The position numbers were made by a program, and so were the translations under genes. Below are positions 18,917 through 31,651 of a stretch of DNA of 64,000 nt, one piece after another (the first letter of the stretch is position 1; each line of letters opens with the position of its first letter). Under the pieces are notes generated by a model. That model worked only from the letters and a program-made list of their open reading frames with translations, made no database searches and was not told the DNA's origin. The DNA is from an uncultured delta proteobacterium (GTDB taxonomy: Bacteria > Myxococcota_A > Polyangia > Haliangiales > Haliangiaceae). The stretch is taken from the NCBI GenBank assembly GCA_963743525.1, contig CAVUQH010000003.1, positions 992,001 to 1,056,000 on the forward strand, given 5' to 3'.

Positions 18917-21520
18917 ATGATGCACAGACGTTTCGTTCGACTGGTTCTCTGCACGGTTCTCGCGACCGGCGCCGCCGTGACCGCGGTCGGAGTCCGGCCG
19001 GCACACGCGCAAGTTCGCGAAGAGCTCGGGGACGGCGACAAGGCGTACGAGAACGGCGACTGGAAGAAGGCCGCGCAGGCCTACGACAACGCCATCCGCA
19101 AATACCCCAAGCAGGTGTCGGCCGAGGCGTACGCCAAGCGCGCCAGTATCTTCCTCATTCTTTCGGGCAAGGCGCGGAACGAAGGCAAGGACGACCTGGC
19201 CGACGCGCTGCTGGAAGAGGGCCTGAAGTTCCTGTCGCAGAAGGCCGAGCCGGTGCACGGCAAGGCGCCCGAGATCCTCGAGCAGAAGGCGCTCATGCTG
19301 TGGGGCCTCAAGAGCAAGCCCGACGCGGTCAAGCTGGCCGAAGAGGTGGTCAAGGCCAAGCCGGCCTCATTCGCGTCGCAGCGCCTGATCGGCGAGTTCT
19401 ACGCCGCCCGCGAGCCGAAGAAGGCGATCGACGCCCTCGAGGCGTACTTCCAGCATCGTCCCAGCGACCTGGCCAAGACCCAGGACGTCCTGCCGCGCAT
19501 CCACCTGGGCTTCGCCTACCTCAGCGTCGCCCGGTCGCTCCGCCGCACTGCACCCGACAAGGCCAAGGATCTGGCCAAGAAGGCGATCGACCAGTTCGAC
19601 ATCCTCCTGGTCAAGCACAAGCAGGAGCGCCACGCCGAGGTCAACGCCAACAACGGTTTGTGCGCCGCCTACACCTTCATCGGCGAGTACAACCGCGCGA
19701 TCACCGTGTGCGAGAAGATCATCCAGAACCCGGCGCGCATCGACCGCGCCGGCTCGGTCTTCTTCAATCTGGGTGAGGCCTACCTGGAGATGCGCCAGCC
19801 GAAGAAGGCGCGCACCGTCGGTCGTGAGTACATCCGCCTGCGCAAGAGCGAGGCCAAGGGCTACATCCTGGTCGGCGACACCTACCAGCAGGAGCGCAAC
19901 TGGGAGCAGGCGCTGGAGAACTACAAGAAGGCCGAGGAGTACGCCAAGAACCGCTCCGAGTACGCCGCCGACATCGGCATCCGCCTGGGTATCTCGTACC
20001 GCCGCGCCAACCAGATCGACCTGGCCATCGCCAAGCTGGAAGAGGCGCTGGAGAACGATCCCGACAACCCACGGCTGATCATCGAGCTGGGCGGCGCCTA
20101 CATCGCCGCGCAGCAGGACGCCAAGGCGCTGGCCCGCGCCGAGGCGGCGATGGGCACCAAGGCGTTCGAGACGCTCGACGACAACACCAAGGTCAACCTG
20201 ATGGTGCTGGCCGGCAAGGCCGCCTACAACATCGCGGCCAAGGACCCGAAAGCCTCGGTCGACACCGCGCGCAAGCATTTCGGTGAGGCGTACAAGCTGC
20301 GGCCCAAGGACGTCACCGTGCGCATCGGCCTGGTGCGGACCATCAACCTGGAGGCCTACCGCGCGCGCAGCAACGCCAAGAAGGCCGAGGGACTGTTGAT
20401 GGAGGCCTACGGCATCGACAAGAACGCGCCCAGCACCAACCAGAACCTGGCGGTGCTCGACATCGAGCGCGGCGACTGCGACCAGGCCCGCGACAAGCTG
20501 AGCGCGCTGGCCAAGACCCGCAGCTACGCGCTGATGTACCACCGCCTGCTGGGCCGCACCTATCTGTGCGGCAAGCATCGCGACGAGGCCAAGGCCGCCG
20601 ATCAGTACGCCCGGGCCGAGAAGGAGGCCGGCAGCGCCAACCTGGTGCGCGCCGAGATCTACATCGAGTGGGCGCCGCTGCTCTGGGACAAGGATCTCGA
20701 CAAGGCGGTCGACATGCTCGAGTCGGCGGCGCAGTTCACCGCCCAGAGCCGCACCCTGGGGCCGGCCGCGCAGCGCAACCTGGCGCTGGCGCTGTTCCGC
20801 CGCGGTTGGCGCGACCTGCGCAAGGGCGGCGACGCCGGTCGCGCGGCCGACGACTTTGCCCGCGCCGCCCGCGATCCGGGCGTGCTCAAGGGCACCGAGG
20901 CCGAGGCGTTCGAGTTCTCCGAGGCCCTGGCCCGGCTCGAGCGCGGCGACAACCAGACCGCGTCCAAGCTGTTCGACAAGCTGTCCAAGAGCAAGGGCAA
21001 CGGCTACCTCAAGGCGCCGTACGACAAGGTCGGCGCCCAGTTCTTTGGCGCCTACGCCGACTACCGCGCCGGGTCGGCGCCCAGCCGCCGCCGCGCCGTG
21101 GCCGACTTCAACAAGCTGTCGCGCAACGCCAGCGGCGCCTTCGCCCGCACCCTGCGCGAGCTTCAGGGGGCGACCTACCTCGAGCTGGCCAGCGACGCCT
21201 ACAGCGGCGGCAGCACCAAGAGCGCCAGCACGTACCTCAGCGACGCGCAGCGCTACGCCGGCGGGTCGATGAAGCGCCTGATCGACCACAACAGCGCGGT
21301 GGTGAAGATGGGCTCCAAGTACGACAGCGGCCTCCTGTCCACGTTCGACAAGATGAACGCGGACCCACCGGAAGCGCTGGCCAACTACGGCATCATGCTC
21401 GACCGCGCCGGCAAGCCCAAGCAGGCGTACGAGGCGTGGATACTGGCGCAGAAGAAGGGCGTGCGGTCGCGCAGCCTGAGCAACTGGATCAGCGCCAAGA
21501 AGCGCATCTTCGGCTACTGA
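18917..21520 (+). CDS. Exported TPR-repeat protein
   Basis: GGAGG SD before ATG 18917, signal peptide ending AHA-Q, TPR units throughout. Confidence 0.85.
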   Translation: MMHRRFVRLVLCTVLATGAAVTAVGVRPAHAQVREELGDGDKAYENGDWKKAAQAYDNAIRKYPKQVSAEAYAKRASIFLILSGKARNEGKDDLADALLEEGLKFLSQKAEPVHGKAPEILEQKALMLWGLKSKPDAVKLAEEVVKAKPASFASQRLIGEFYAAREPKKAIDALEAYFQHRPSDLAKTQDVLPRIHLGFAYLSVARSLRRTAPDKAKDLAKKAIDQFDILLVKHKQERHAEVNANNGLCAAYTFIGEYNRAITVCEKIIQNPARIDRAGSVFFNLGEAYLEMRQPKKARTVGREYIRLRKSEAKGYILVGDTYQQERNWEQALENYKKAEEYAKNRSEYAADIGIRLGISYRRANQIDLAIAKLEEALENDPDNPRLIIELGGAYIAAQQDAKALARAEAAMGTKAFETLDDNTKVNLMVLAGKAAYNIAAKDPKASVDTARKHFGEAYKLRPKDVTVRIGLVRTINLEAYRARSNAKKAEGLLMEAYGIDKNAPSTNQNLAVLDIERGDCDQARDKLSALAKTRSYALMYHRLLGRTYLCGKHRDEAKAADQYARAEKEAGSANLVRAEIYIEWAPLLWDKDLDKAVDMLESAAQFTAQSRTLGPAAQRNLALALFRRGWRDLRKGGDAGRAADDFARAARDPGVLKGTEAEAFEFSEALARLERGDNQTASKLFDKLSKSKGNGYLKAPYDKVGAQFFGAYADYRAGSAPSRRRAVADFNKLSRNASGAFARTLRELQGATYLELASDAYSGGSTKSASTYLSDAQRYAGGSMKRLIDHNSAVVKMGSKYDSGLLSTFDKMNADPPEALANYGIMLDRAGKPKQAYEAWILAQKKGVRSRSLSNWISAKKRIFGY

Positions 21521-21533
21521 GGGAGACGCGATC

Positions 21534-22463
21534 ATGAAGAAGACCCTCGGCATCATTCTCGGACTCGGCGCGCTGGCGCTGCTCCTGGTCGTCGGCCTGT
21601 CCCGGCCGGGCAAGAGCCAGCCGGGCGGCGGGCAGTCGCTGACCATCGGCATCTACGCGCCGTCCATTCCGTTCGCCAGCTCGCAGGCCCGCCTGCAGTA
21701 CGCGCAGTCGCTGGCCCGCGCGGTCAGCCAGAACACCGGCGCCAAGGTGGACGCGCAGTCGTTCACCAGCATGTCGCAGCTCAAGAGCAAGAAGCCCGAC
21801 TTCGCCATCATCGACGGACAGTGCTTCGCCTCTGATCCCAGGGGTGACCTGCTGGCCAACGCCAAGGTCGGCGGGTCAACGTCGCGGTCGTGGGCGCTGT
21901 TCTCCAGCCAGGGACCCGGCCTGCAGGCGCTCGAGCACAAGAAGCTCGCCTACGTGAAGACCGGCTGCAACGACGGCGGCTTCATCGACAACGCGATGTT
22001 CGAGTCCGAGGTGTCGTCGCGCTACTTCAGCTCCAAGGTGGGCAAGCCCGACGTTCCCGCCGCGGTCGCCGAGGTCGTATCGCGCAAGGGCGCCGAGGCG
22101 GTGTTCGCGCCGGTCGGCTCGCAGAAGGGCCTGACCAAGGTGTTCGACGCCGGTTCGGTGCCCAACGCGGCGTTCGTGCAGATGAACAGCCGGCTGTCCA
22201 AGTCGCTGACCGACAAGGTCGCCAAGGCGGTTCGCAGCTTCGGTGGCGGCGGCGCCATCGAGGGCTGGAACAGCCCGGAGATGGGCCCGTTCCGCTCGCT
22301 GCGCGACCGGATGGGCCGGCACGTCAAGCGCGGCCTACTGGCCGATCCGCCGCCGGTCCGGGTGGACGTCAAGGACGTGCTGATTCCGCCCAAGACACTC
22401 GATGACACGGACTTGACGCCGGTGGGGCAGCACTTCGAGCAGCCCCCCGACCGCTTGGAGTAA
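21534..22463 (+). CDS. Periplasmic solute-binding protein (PhnD/SsuA-like fold)
   Basis: N-terminal hydrophobic signal or anchor. [21 protein letters not shown] and AEAVFAP segments resemble type-2 binding proteins. Confidence 0.6.
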   Translation: MKKTLGIILGLGALALLLVVGLSRPGKSQPGGGQSLTIGIYAPSIPFASSQARLQYAQSLARAVSQNTGAKVDAQSFTSMSQLKSKKPDFAIIDGQCFASDPRGDLLANAKVGGSTSRSWALFSSQGPGLQALEHKKLAYVKTGCNDGGFIDNAMFESEVSSRYFSSKVGKPDVPAAVAEVVSRKGAEAVFAPVGSQKGLTKVFDAGSVPNAAFVQMNSRLSKSLTDKVAKAVRSFGGGGAIEGWNSPEMGPFRSLRDRMGRHVKRGLLADPPPVRVDVKDVLIPPKTLDDTDLTPVGQHFEQPPDRLE

Positions 22464-22500
22464 GACGGTAGGGAAGGTGGCCCCGTGGGGCTGGGGGCAA

Positions 22501-23004
22501 ATGAACATGGCCAAGCCACAAGCGGAAGCAGTCGCTCTCTCCTGGCGCATCAAAGAGCGTCCAGGTTTCACCACCGTCGAGTTCTTCGGTGAGATCGACG
22601 AGAACGCGGACTTCGCCGAGCTTCGGCGGCGGCTCAGCGGCTCGGTGATCTTCCACCTGGCCGACGTCCGGCGCATCAACTCGTGCGGCGTGCGCGAGTG
22701 GGTCAACTTCGTCCGCGACCTGCCCAACGTCACCGAGCTGGTGTTCACCCACTGCTCGCCGGCGATCGTCACCCAGCTCAACATGATCTACAACTTCCGC
22801 GGGCGTGCGCGGGTGCGCTCGTTCTACGCCCCGTTCGTGTGCGAGAACTGCCACAACGAGGAAGAGAAGCTGCTCGACGTGCAGTCGCAGTTCCCCGACG
22901 GGGCACTGAGCCCGATGCCCGAGTTCCAGTGCGAGAACTGCAACGAGGTGATGGAGTTCGACGATCTACCGGAGCGCTACCTCTCCTTCCTGTCGGAGAC
23001 CTGA
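22501..23004 (+). CDS. Soluble STAS-like + Zn ribbon protein (paralog of 15606..16487)
   Basis: FFGEIDE...[15 protein letters not shown]...CSPAIV.Q.N...SFY.PF.CENC...CENC..MEFDD. Confidence 0.85.
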   Translation: MNMAKPQAEAVALSWRIKERPGFTTVEFFGEIDENADFAELRRRLSGSVIFHLADVRRINSCGVREWVNFVRDLPNVTELVFTHCSPAIVTQLNMIYNFRGRARVRSFYAPFVCENCHNEEEKLLDVQSQFPDGALSPMPEFQCENCNEVMEFDDLPERYLSFLSET

Positions 23005-23010
23005 GCTTCT

Positions 23011-24351
23011 GTGAGCGACGCCCTCGAGCAGGTCAAGCAGCTCCTCGAAGCCAGCATCGACGCGGCTGTCATCCTCGACGAGGACCGCCGGATCGTCTTC
23101 TACAATCGCGCCTACGAGGCGATGACCGGCCTGCGCGGGCGCCAGCTCAAGCGCCGGGTCGAGGCCGGCGCCCACTGCTACGAGATCTTTCCCATCGCCA
23201 TCTGCGAGTTCAACTGTCTGGGCTGCAAGGCAATGGAAGTCGATCGGCCGCTGCGCGTCGACGAGATATCCGCCGAGCGCGGTGATGGCGAGGAGCTGAC
23301 CTTGATCGTCAGCGCCAACCGGCTGGACGAGGGGCTGATCATCGAGAGCTACCGCGACGTGACCGCCGACGCGCGCATCCAGCGCCGGCTCAAGGTCCTG
23401 CTCGAACGCGAGCGCCGGGCCAAGGAGCACCTCGAGGAGGAGGTCAGCGCGCGCACCCAGGACCTGCGCCAGGCCCAGGCGCAGCTGGTCCACCAGGAGA
23501 AGATGTCGGGCCTCGGGCGGCTGGTCGCCGGCATCGCCCACGAGATGAACAACCCGATCAACTTCGTCTACGGCAATGTCGACTTCCTCGGCCAGTACAT
23601 GGAAGACCTGCTGGCGCTGGTCGACATGATCGATCGCGCGGAGCTGCCGCCCGCGGTGCGCGGCGATCTGGACAAGCGCAAGGGCGACATCGAGTACGAC
23701 TTCCTGGTCGACGACTCGCGCAAGCTGATCCGCTCGATCCGCGCCGGTGCCGAGCGCACCGCCAGCATCGTGCAAGATCTCAAGACCTTCTCGCGCACCG
23801 GCGGCGGCGAGCTGCAGGAGGCCGACGTGGTCGCCGGCATCGAGACCACGCTCAACTTGATCGGCCCGCTGCTCAAGAACCGGGTCACCGTCGAGCGCGA
23901 CTTCGAGCCCAACCTGCCGCGACTGGTGTGCAACGCCGGCCACATCAACCAGGTGTTCATGAACATCCTGACCAACGCGGCCCAGGCGATCTCGGGCAAT
24001 GGCACCATTCGCGTGCGCATCCGCCGCACCGACGAGCCCGAGGGGATTCGCGTCGACATCACCGACACCGGCGCCGGCATCGGCGCCGAGGTAATGGAGA
24101 AGATGACCGACCCGTTCTTCACCACCAAGGACGTGGGCGAGGGCACCGGCCTGGGGCTGTGGATCACCGAAAACATCGTCCGCGCTCACGGCGGCAAGCT
24201 GTCGTGGCGCAACGAGACCGGGTCCGGCGCGACCTTCACCGTCGAGCTGCCGATCCGCGCGCCCGAGACCGCGCGCATGGGCCTGGCCGGCGGCCGCACC
24301 GAGCCGCCTGCTGCCGTGCCCGACGAGGCCGAGCGGGGCGACCGTGTCTGA
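23011..24351 (+). CDS. Cytoplasmic PAS sensor histidine kinase (NtrB class)
   Basis: PAS with C-x8-C-x3-C-x2-C, H-box [11 protein letters not shown]-box [26 protein letters not shown]. Confidence 0.95.
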   Translation: MSDALEQVKQLLEASIDAAVILDEDRRIVFYNRAYEAMTGLRGRQLKRRVEAGAHCYEIFPIAICEFNCLGCKAMEVDRPLRVDEISAERGDGEELTLIVSANRLDEGLIIESYRDVTADARIQRRLKVLLERERRAKEHLEEEVSARTQDLRQAQAQLVHQEKMSGLGRLVAGIAHEMNNPINFVYGNVDFLGQYMEDLLALVDMIDRAELPPAVRGDLDKRKGDIEYDFLVDDSRKLIRSIRAGAERTASIVQDLKTFSRTGGGELQEADVVAGIETTLNLIGPLLKNRVTVERDFEPNLPRLVCNAGHINQVFMNILTNAAQAISGNGTIRVRIRRTDEPEGIRVDITDTGAGIGAEVMEKMTDPFFTTKDVGEGTGLGLWITENIVRAHGGKLSWRNETGSGATFTVELPIRAPETARMGLAGGRTEPPAAVPDEAERGDRV

Positions 24352-24745
24352 CGGCGGATCGCGCCACCGGCTCCTCGTCGTCGACGACGAGCCGCTCAAC
24401 CGCGAGCTGTTGCGCCGCGTCCTTGCCCGCGAGTACGAGATCGCCGAGGCCGAGGATGGGCGCGCGGCGCTGGCGATCCTCGAAGCCGAGGGCGACGCGA
24501 TTCGCCTGGTCCTGTGCGACCAGCTCATGCCGGAGATGAGCGGTACCGAGCTGGCTCAGGTGTCGCGCGATCGCTGGCCGGCGATCATCTTCGTCTTGCT
24601 GACCGGCTACGACGACGATCCGGACGTGGCCGCGGCGCTGGCCGGCGGCATGGTCGCTCACGTGGTGGCCAAACCGTGGCGCGGCGCCGCGTTGCGCACG
24701 CTGATCGAAGAAGCGATCAGCGGGTCCCCGGCAGATCCTTCGTGA
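24344..24745 (+). CDS. Single-domain response regulator receiver
   Basis: [26 protein letters not shown]. Confidence 0.93.
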   Translation: MSDGGSRHRLLVVDDEPLNRELLRRVLAREYEIAEAEDGRAALAILEAEGDAIRLVLCDQLMPEMSGTELAQVSRDRWPAIIFVLLTGYDDDPDVAAALAGGMVAHVVAKPWRGAALRTLIEEAISGSPADPS

Positions 24746-25952
24746 CCTGAAGGTGTGACGCCACGGATTCCGCGCCGCCGTCGTAGGCGTCGTGTTCGGC
24801 GTCGAGCACCGCCACCGCGCTGCCGACCCTGCCGGTGAGCAGGGCGTGGCCGTCGACCACCCGCACCTTCACGTGGTCGGCCGCGAGGGCGGGATCCCAG
24901 CGCAGCTCCTGGCGGATCTCGGCGGCTGCCAGGCCGTCGCGCAGAGAGGTCCAACCGGGCCACAGCTCCCGCCAGCCCAGGGTCAACGGCGCCGCTTCGG
25001 CCTGGTTCTTCACGATGTGCAGGTCGTCGTCCACCTGGACCACGCCGACGGTGTCTCGGGCCAGCTCCAGCGCTGCCTGTCGGGCGGGCTCGTCGTTGAC
25101 CTGGCCCATCAGCGTGACCACGCCCGCGACCACCTCCGGCTCGAGGTCGGAGTAGAGCAGGCGCGGATCGAGGCCCGAGGCTTGCTGGATGGTCTGGGCG
25201 ATGGCGCCGTCGCTGCGCACCGGGAACGGCTCGTGGCGGAGGTCGTAGTCGCCGAACAGCGAGTTGACGGTCAGGCGGTTGGAGTCGACCGCGCGCACGC
25301 CGGCGATCCAGGCGTCCTCGGTGATGCGGTCGCGCTCGGTGGTCGAGCCGACGAGGCCGGACAGGGTGACGACGCCGTCGTGTACCGCGACCATGGTCAG
25401 ATCGGCGTCCACGTGCGGATCCCAGCGGAGCTCGCTGATGACGTCGGCGCGGATGGCCGGGTCGGAGCGGTCGAAGGCGTAGGCCACCTGCAGGCCGTTG
25501 ACCACGCGAGTGACGCTGTCACCCCGTTCGGCGATGCGCACGGCCTGTGCGCGGCGTTGCTCGGACGAGACCGTTCCGGTCAGGGTGACCACGCCGTCTT
25601 TCACGGCCACGCCGATCCCTTCGTTGCGGGTCAGCGGGTCGGTGTGCAGCGCCGCGACCAGATCATCGCGCAGCGCCTGGTCATCGATCGGCTCCATCTG
25701 AAGCTTCATTCGATCGACGACGGCGCGAACGCCGACGACCAGCTTCGTTCGCTCGACCGCCCGCTTCTGCGAAAACAGGTCGGGAACGGTGCCGGTCAGG
25801 ACGATGATGCCGTTGTCGTCCTCGATTCCCAGCTCGAGGTTGTTGGTGACCAGACCGCGGGCCAGCTCGTGCCGGACGTCGGCGGTGAGACCATCGTTCG
25901 GGCGCGGGGCCATTGTCGCCGCCGTCGCTATCGCAAGCAGTAGTTGCAGCAC
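24717..25952 (-). CDS. Exported multi-BON-domain (OsmY-like) protein
   Basis: AGGAGG SD, signal peptide, about five repeats of V.V.DGVVTL.G.V....R..A. Confidence 0.9.
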   Translation of the reverse strand: MLQLLLAIATAATMAPRPNDGLTADVRHELARGLVTNNLELGIEDDNGIIVLTGTVPDLFSQKRAVERTKLVVGVRAVVDRMKLQMEPIDDQALRDDLVAALHTDPLTRNEGIGVAVKDGVVTLTGTVSSEQRRAQAVRIAERGDSVTRVVNGLQVAYAFDRSDPAIRADVISELRWDPHVDADLTMVAVHDGVVTLSGLVGSTTERDRITEDAWIAGVRAVDSNRLTVNSLFGDYDLRHEPFPVRSDGAIAQTIQQASGLDPRLLYSDLEPEVVAGVVTLMGQVNDEPARQAALELARDTVGVVQVDDDLHIVKNQAEAAPLTLGWRELWPGWTSLRDGLAAAEIRQELRWDPALAADHVKVRVVDGHALLTGRVGSAVAVLDAEHDAYDGGAESVASHLQVTKDLPGTR

Positions 25953-25979
25953 GATGTGCCTCCTTTCACCCGCTGTACG

Positions 25980-25995
25980 TGCATCGGCCGTGCCG
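25980..25995 (-). promoter_or_regulatory. sigma54 -24/-12 promoter for the BON gene
   Basis: CGGCACGGCCGATGCA has GG-N10-GC spacing and lies just upstream of the SD. Confidence 0.65.
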
Positions 25996-26070
25996 TCGGC
26001 GACCGGCGATATTGTTGGTCGTCGGTGCCGCAGCTACCCGTGGCGAAGCGCCACGTCGTGCGCGGGCGCC

Positions 26071-26997
26071 TCAGTGGGTGTCTGGGGCCCAGGCGGCGGC
26101 GCCGTTGACGCCCCGCTCGAGCAGCACCGGTCGCGCGATCTCGGCGCCGTCCAGTTGTGCGCGGTAGAGATCGAAGGTGCCCTTCTCGTCGCCGTCGCGC
26201 TCGACCAGCGCGAAGCTGCCGTCCGGGGCGATGGCGCGGGCGCGGTAGCGGCGCCAGCACTTGTACTCGCCGCCAACGGCGCGAACGATGCACGCGCGCT
26301 TGTTGCGCTGCGCCAGCACCCACTTGCTGTCGGCGGACCATGCCACCGGCACGCCGTCGTGCAACAGCTTGCGCCGCACCGCGTGGCCGTCGAGGCGGAA
26401 GGTGAACATCTCGGGATGTTTGCCGCCGGTCCACACGCCGACGGCGCGGCTGCCGTCGGGTGCGGGCAGCCACGCGCCGGTCGGGCTGTTCGGCGCGACC
26501 TCGCGGACGCCTTTGCCGACCCGCAGCAGGGCGCCGCTCTTGGCCAGGATCACGTCACCGCCGGCCATCGGCGTGGCGCCGACGGCATCCCCGACCAGCA
26601 CCCGGCGGCGGATGCCGAGAAGGTCCTGGGCGATCAGCCAGCCGGTGCCGGCGTCGCACAGCGCCGTGTTGCCGTCGGCCGACAGGCGTACGGTGTGTGG
26701 GCAGACGATCACGCGCGGCGCGGCAGACGGCCGCCGCAGGTCGTACAGGCGGTGGCTGCCGCCGCCGCTGGCCAGCAGCCAGTGGCCGTCGGCGCTGACG
26801 GCGAGGTCGTCGACGGCGGGCAGCGCGTGGTCGGTGGGCAGCGGGGTGGCGTCGCCGCCGGCGGCCGGCCGGGCGAACAGCGCCCCGCCGCGGGCGAAAT
26901 AGATCGTGCCGGTCGGCGCCGGCTCGTCGGCGACCGCGGGCCCGGCCCAGGCCAGGGCGATCGCGGCGATGACCGCCGCTGCTGCCGGCCCGCGCAC
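26071..26997 (-). CDS. Exported TolB-like beta-propeller protein
   Basis: Signal peptide (AVA-D), repeated S/A-[AP]-DG-x blades. Confidence 0.7.
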   Translation of the reverse strand: MRGPAAAAVIAAIALAWAGPAVADEPAPTGTIYFARGGALFARPAAGGDATPLPTDHALPAVDDLAVSADGHWLLASGGGSHRLYDLRRPSAAPRVIVCPHTVRLSADGNTALCDAGTGWLIAQDLLGIRRRVLVGDAVGATPMAGGDVILAKSGALLRVGKGVREVAPNSPTGAWLPAPDGSRAVGVWTGGKHPEMFTFRLDGHAVRRKLLHDGVPVAWSADSKWVLAQRNKRACIVRAVGGEYKCWRRYRARAIAPDGSFALVERDGDEKGTFDLYRAQLDGAEIARPVLLERGVNGAAAWAPDTH

Positions 26998-26999
26998 GT

Positions 27000-28223
27000 T
27001 CAGCCCTCCGCCAGCAAGCGCAAGACGCCTTCGGGTTGGTCGACCAGCGAGCTGATGAAGCGCTCACCGCCCGGCGTCGCCAGCAGCAGCGCGGGACCGA
27101 AGCGCGGGTAGTGGACGTCGAGGGCGCGCACACCCTGGCCGACCTCGCGCGAGCGCTCGTCGAACACCGGGCGCGACAGCGGTACGCCGTCGATGAACAC
27201 CTCGGACAGGAACTCGACCGGGGCCACGAACTCGGCGCCGTCGCGGTGGATGCGATCGCGGACCTCGCCGGGCAGCGCGTCGGCCGAGGTGATGACGGCG
27301 TCGTAGTCGCGGCGCCCGAGAGCGGACGCGGCGTCGAGGTCGAAGCGCTCGCGGGGAAAGACCAGGACCACGCGGTCGGCGAGCTCCGAGGCGCGTAGCG
27401 GCGGTCCGGCCGGCGCAGGCGCGGGCTTCGGCTCCGGCTTCGGTTTCGGCGCGGCCGGTGCCGGCTTCTTGGCCGCTGCCCTGGGCGGCGCCGCGGCCGG
27501 GCCGGGCGTTTCCAGCTTGCTGCCGCCGGGCGCGCCGGCAATCAGCGAGAAGCGCTCGACCGCCGCCAGCGCATCTTCCATCGCCAGCGACTTGCGCACG
27601 TCCCAGGTGCCGTCGGGCTCGAGCACGTCGACCACGATCAGGTCGCCGTCGCGGACCATGGTCGCGCCGCCCAGGTCCGACAGGATGTCGGCCTCGCTCA
27701 GCTCGTCGAGGCGCTTGTCGAACGCCAGCAGCTTGGTCTCGAACTCTTTCTGCGACAGCTGGCCGGAGCGGCGCTTGCCGTCGACGTCGATGGTCGGGTC
27801 CAGCGCCCACGGCAACAGGCAGATGGCGCGCAGGTCGCGGGCGGTCTTGGTCACCAGCACGGCGTCGGCCATCGAGCCGAGGGCGAAGATGCGGCCCAGG
27901 CGGATCGGGGCGATGCGGCACATCGCCAGGAGGCGCTCCTTCTCCGGGCGCAGGTCGATCGGCACCAGCGGGTCGGTGCGCGGGTCGGCGCGCATCGGCG
28001 CGACCGAGTCGTCGATGATCATCAGCCGGCGCTCGCCGCGGCGGCGGAACGGGATCGACGGCGACACCTCCATCTCGAACCGCGGATCCTGCATGTCCGG
28101 ATCGAGGATCTTGCGGGTCCGCGCGACGTCCTCGCCACCCAGCGCCTCGACCAGGGCTTCCGGGTCGATCTCGCTGTTGGCTTCGAAGATCAGGTCCAGG
28201 ACGAGACTGTCGAGCGCCAGCAT
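27000..28223 (-). CDS. Hypothetical two-domain protein with Pro/Ala/Lys linker
   Basis: Coding-like codon usage. ATG at 28223 follows the upstream stop at 28234. Confidence 0.75.
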   Translation of the reverse strand: MLALDSLVLDLIFEANSEIDPEALVEALGGEDVARTRKILDPDMQDPRFEMEVSPSIPFRRRGERRLMIIDDSVAPMRADPRTDPLVPIDLRPEKERLLAMCRIAPIRLGRIFALGSMADAVLVTKTARDLRAICLLPWALDPTIDVDGKRRSGQLSQKEFETKLLAFDKRLDELSEADILSDLGGATMVRDGDLIVVDVLEPDGTWDVRKSLAMEDALAAVERFSLIAGAPGGSKLETPGPAAAPPRAAAKKPAPAAPKPKPEPKPAPAPAGPPLRASELADRVVLVFPRERFDLDAASALGRRDYDAVITSADALPGEVRDRIHRDGAEFVAPVEFLSEVFIDGVPLSRPVFDERSREVGQGVRALDVHYPRFGPALLLATPGGERFISSLVDQPEGVLRLLAEG

Positions 28224-28233
28224 TTCCAGCGTT

Positions 28234-30738
<2,505 letters not shown>

Positions 30739-30741
30739 GGG

Positions 30742-31578
30742 TTACTTCTTGTGCTTGCCCGGCTGGCGCGGCGGCAGATGCACCGTGTCGTCCATCGGCT
30801 CGGCGCCGTCGCTGGGCCGCCAGTTGCGCCGGCGCATGATGAACTCGACGTGCACCTGGTCCGACTTGTAGTCCAGACACAGGGCGTACATGACGATGTT
30901 GATGCCCATGCGGAACGCCATCTCGCGCTGGCGCTCGCCACCGGGCACGCACTCGAACTCGTAGTTGCCGAAGTTGTCGCGGGACCACGCGCCGCCCAGA
31001 TCGTTCTGCACGTAGCACAGGCCCAGGCGCCCGCCCTCCATCACTCCTTCGACCACCGGGCTCAGCGCCACCCGACCGAACGCGCGATCGGTCAGATAGA
31101 ACGACTTGAACAGTACGTGGTCGCCGGGGACGATCTCCAGCCCCTTCTTCGGCGGCGGATAGAGCACCTCGACCAGCCGTCGCACCGACTTGTCGAACGC
31201 CCCGTCGGTCGTTCCCTCGGCGGAGTCGATCAGCAGGAACCCGCCGAACGTCAGAAACCGCCGCAGCTTCTCCACCGCGTGCGGGCTGGGCACCTCGAAC
31301 TCACGGTCGCCGGCCAGGTAGAGAAACGGCGTATCCGCCAGCGAGTCCTTCTCCAGGTCGACCATCTTCGGCGTCAGATCGACGTCGATCGAGGTCCGCT
31401 TCTCGATCTCCCACGCCATCCGGCGCAGCGCCGTTGGCCGCGGATTCGAGTTGCCCGTCGGCAGCACCAGCTGGCCAAAGCGGAACTTCGACCCCGGCCC
31501 AATCGCCCGCGCCCAGCGCCCGCGCATGAGCACCGCCCCCAGCCCCATCGCCAGGATCTGCCTCCGATTGACCGGCAT
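30742..31578 (-). CDS. DUF4159-like protein with Tat-type signal
   Basis: NRRQIL leader, PFLYLAG, LRRFLTFGGFLLID, AFRMGINIVMYAL. Confidence 0.8.
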   Translation of the reverse strand: MPVNRRQILAMGLGAVLMRGRWARAIGPGSKFRFGQLVLPTGNSNPRPTALRRMAWEIEKRTSIDVDLTPKMVDLEKDSLADTPFLYLAGDREFEVPSPHAVEKLRRFLTFGGFLLIDSAEGTTDGAFDKSVRRLVEVLYPPPKKGLEIVPGDHVLFKSFYLTDRAFGRVALSPVVEGVMEGGRLGLCYVQNDLGGAWSRDNFGNYEFECVPGGERQREMAFRMGINIVMYALCLDYKSDQVHVEFIMRRRNWRPSDGAEPMDDTVHLPPRQPGKHKK

Positions 31579-31651
31579 TCCCACCAACCTTAGTAGAAAC
31601 CGCCCTGACGCAGCGCCCATTCCCCGCAGGTGTTGGAAATTGCGCTGTTTT

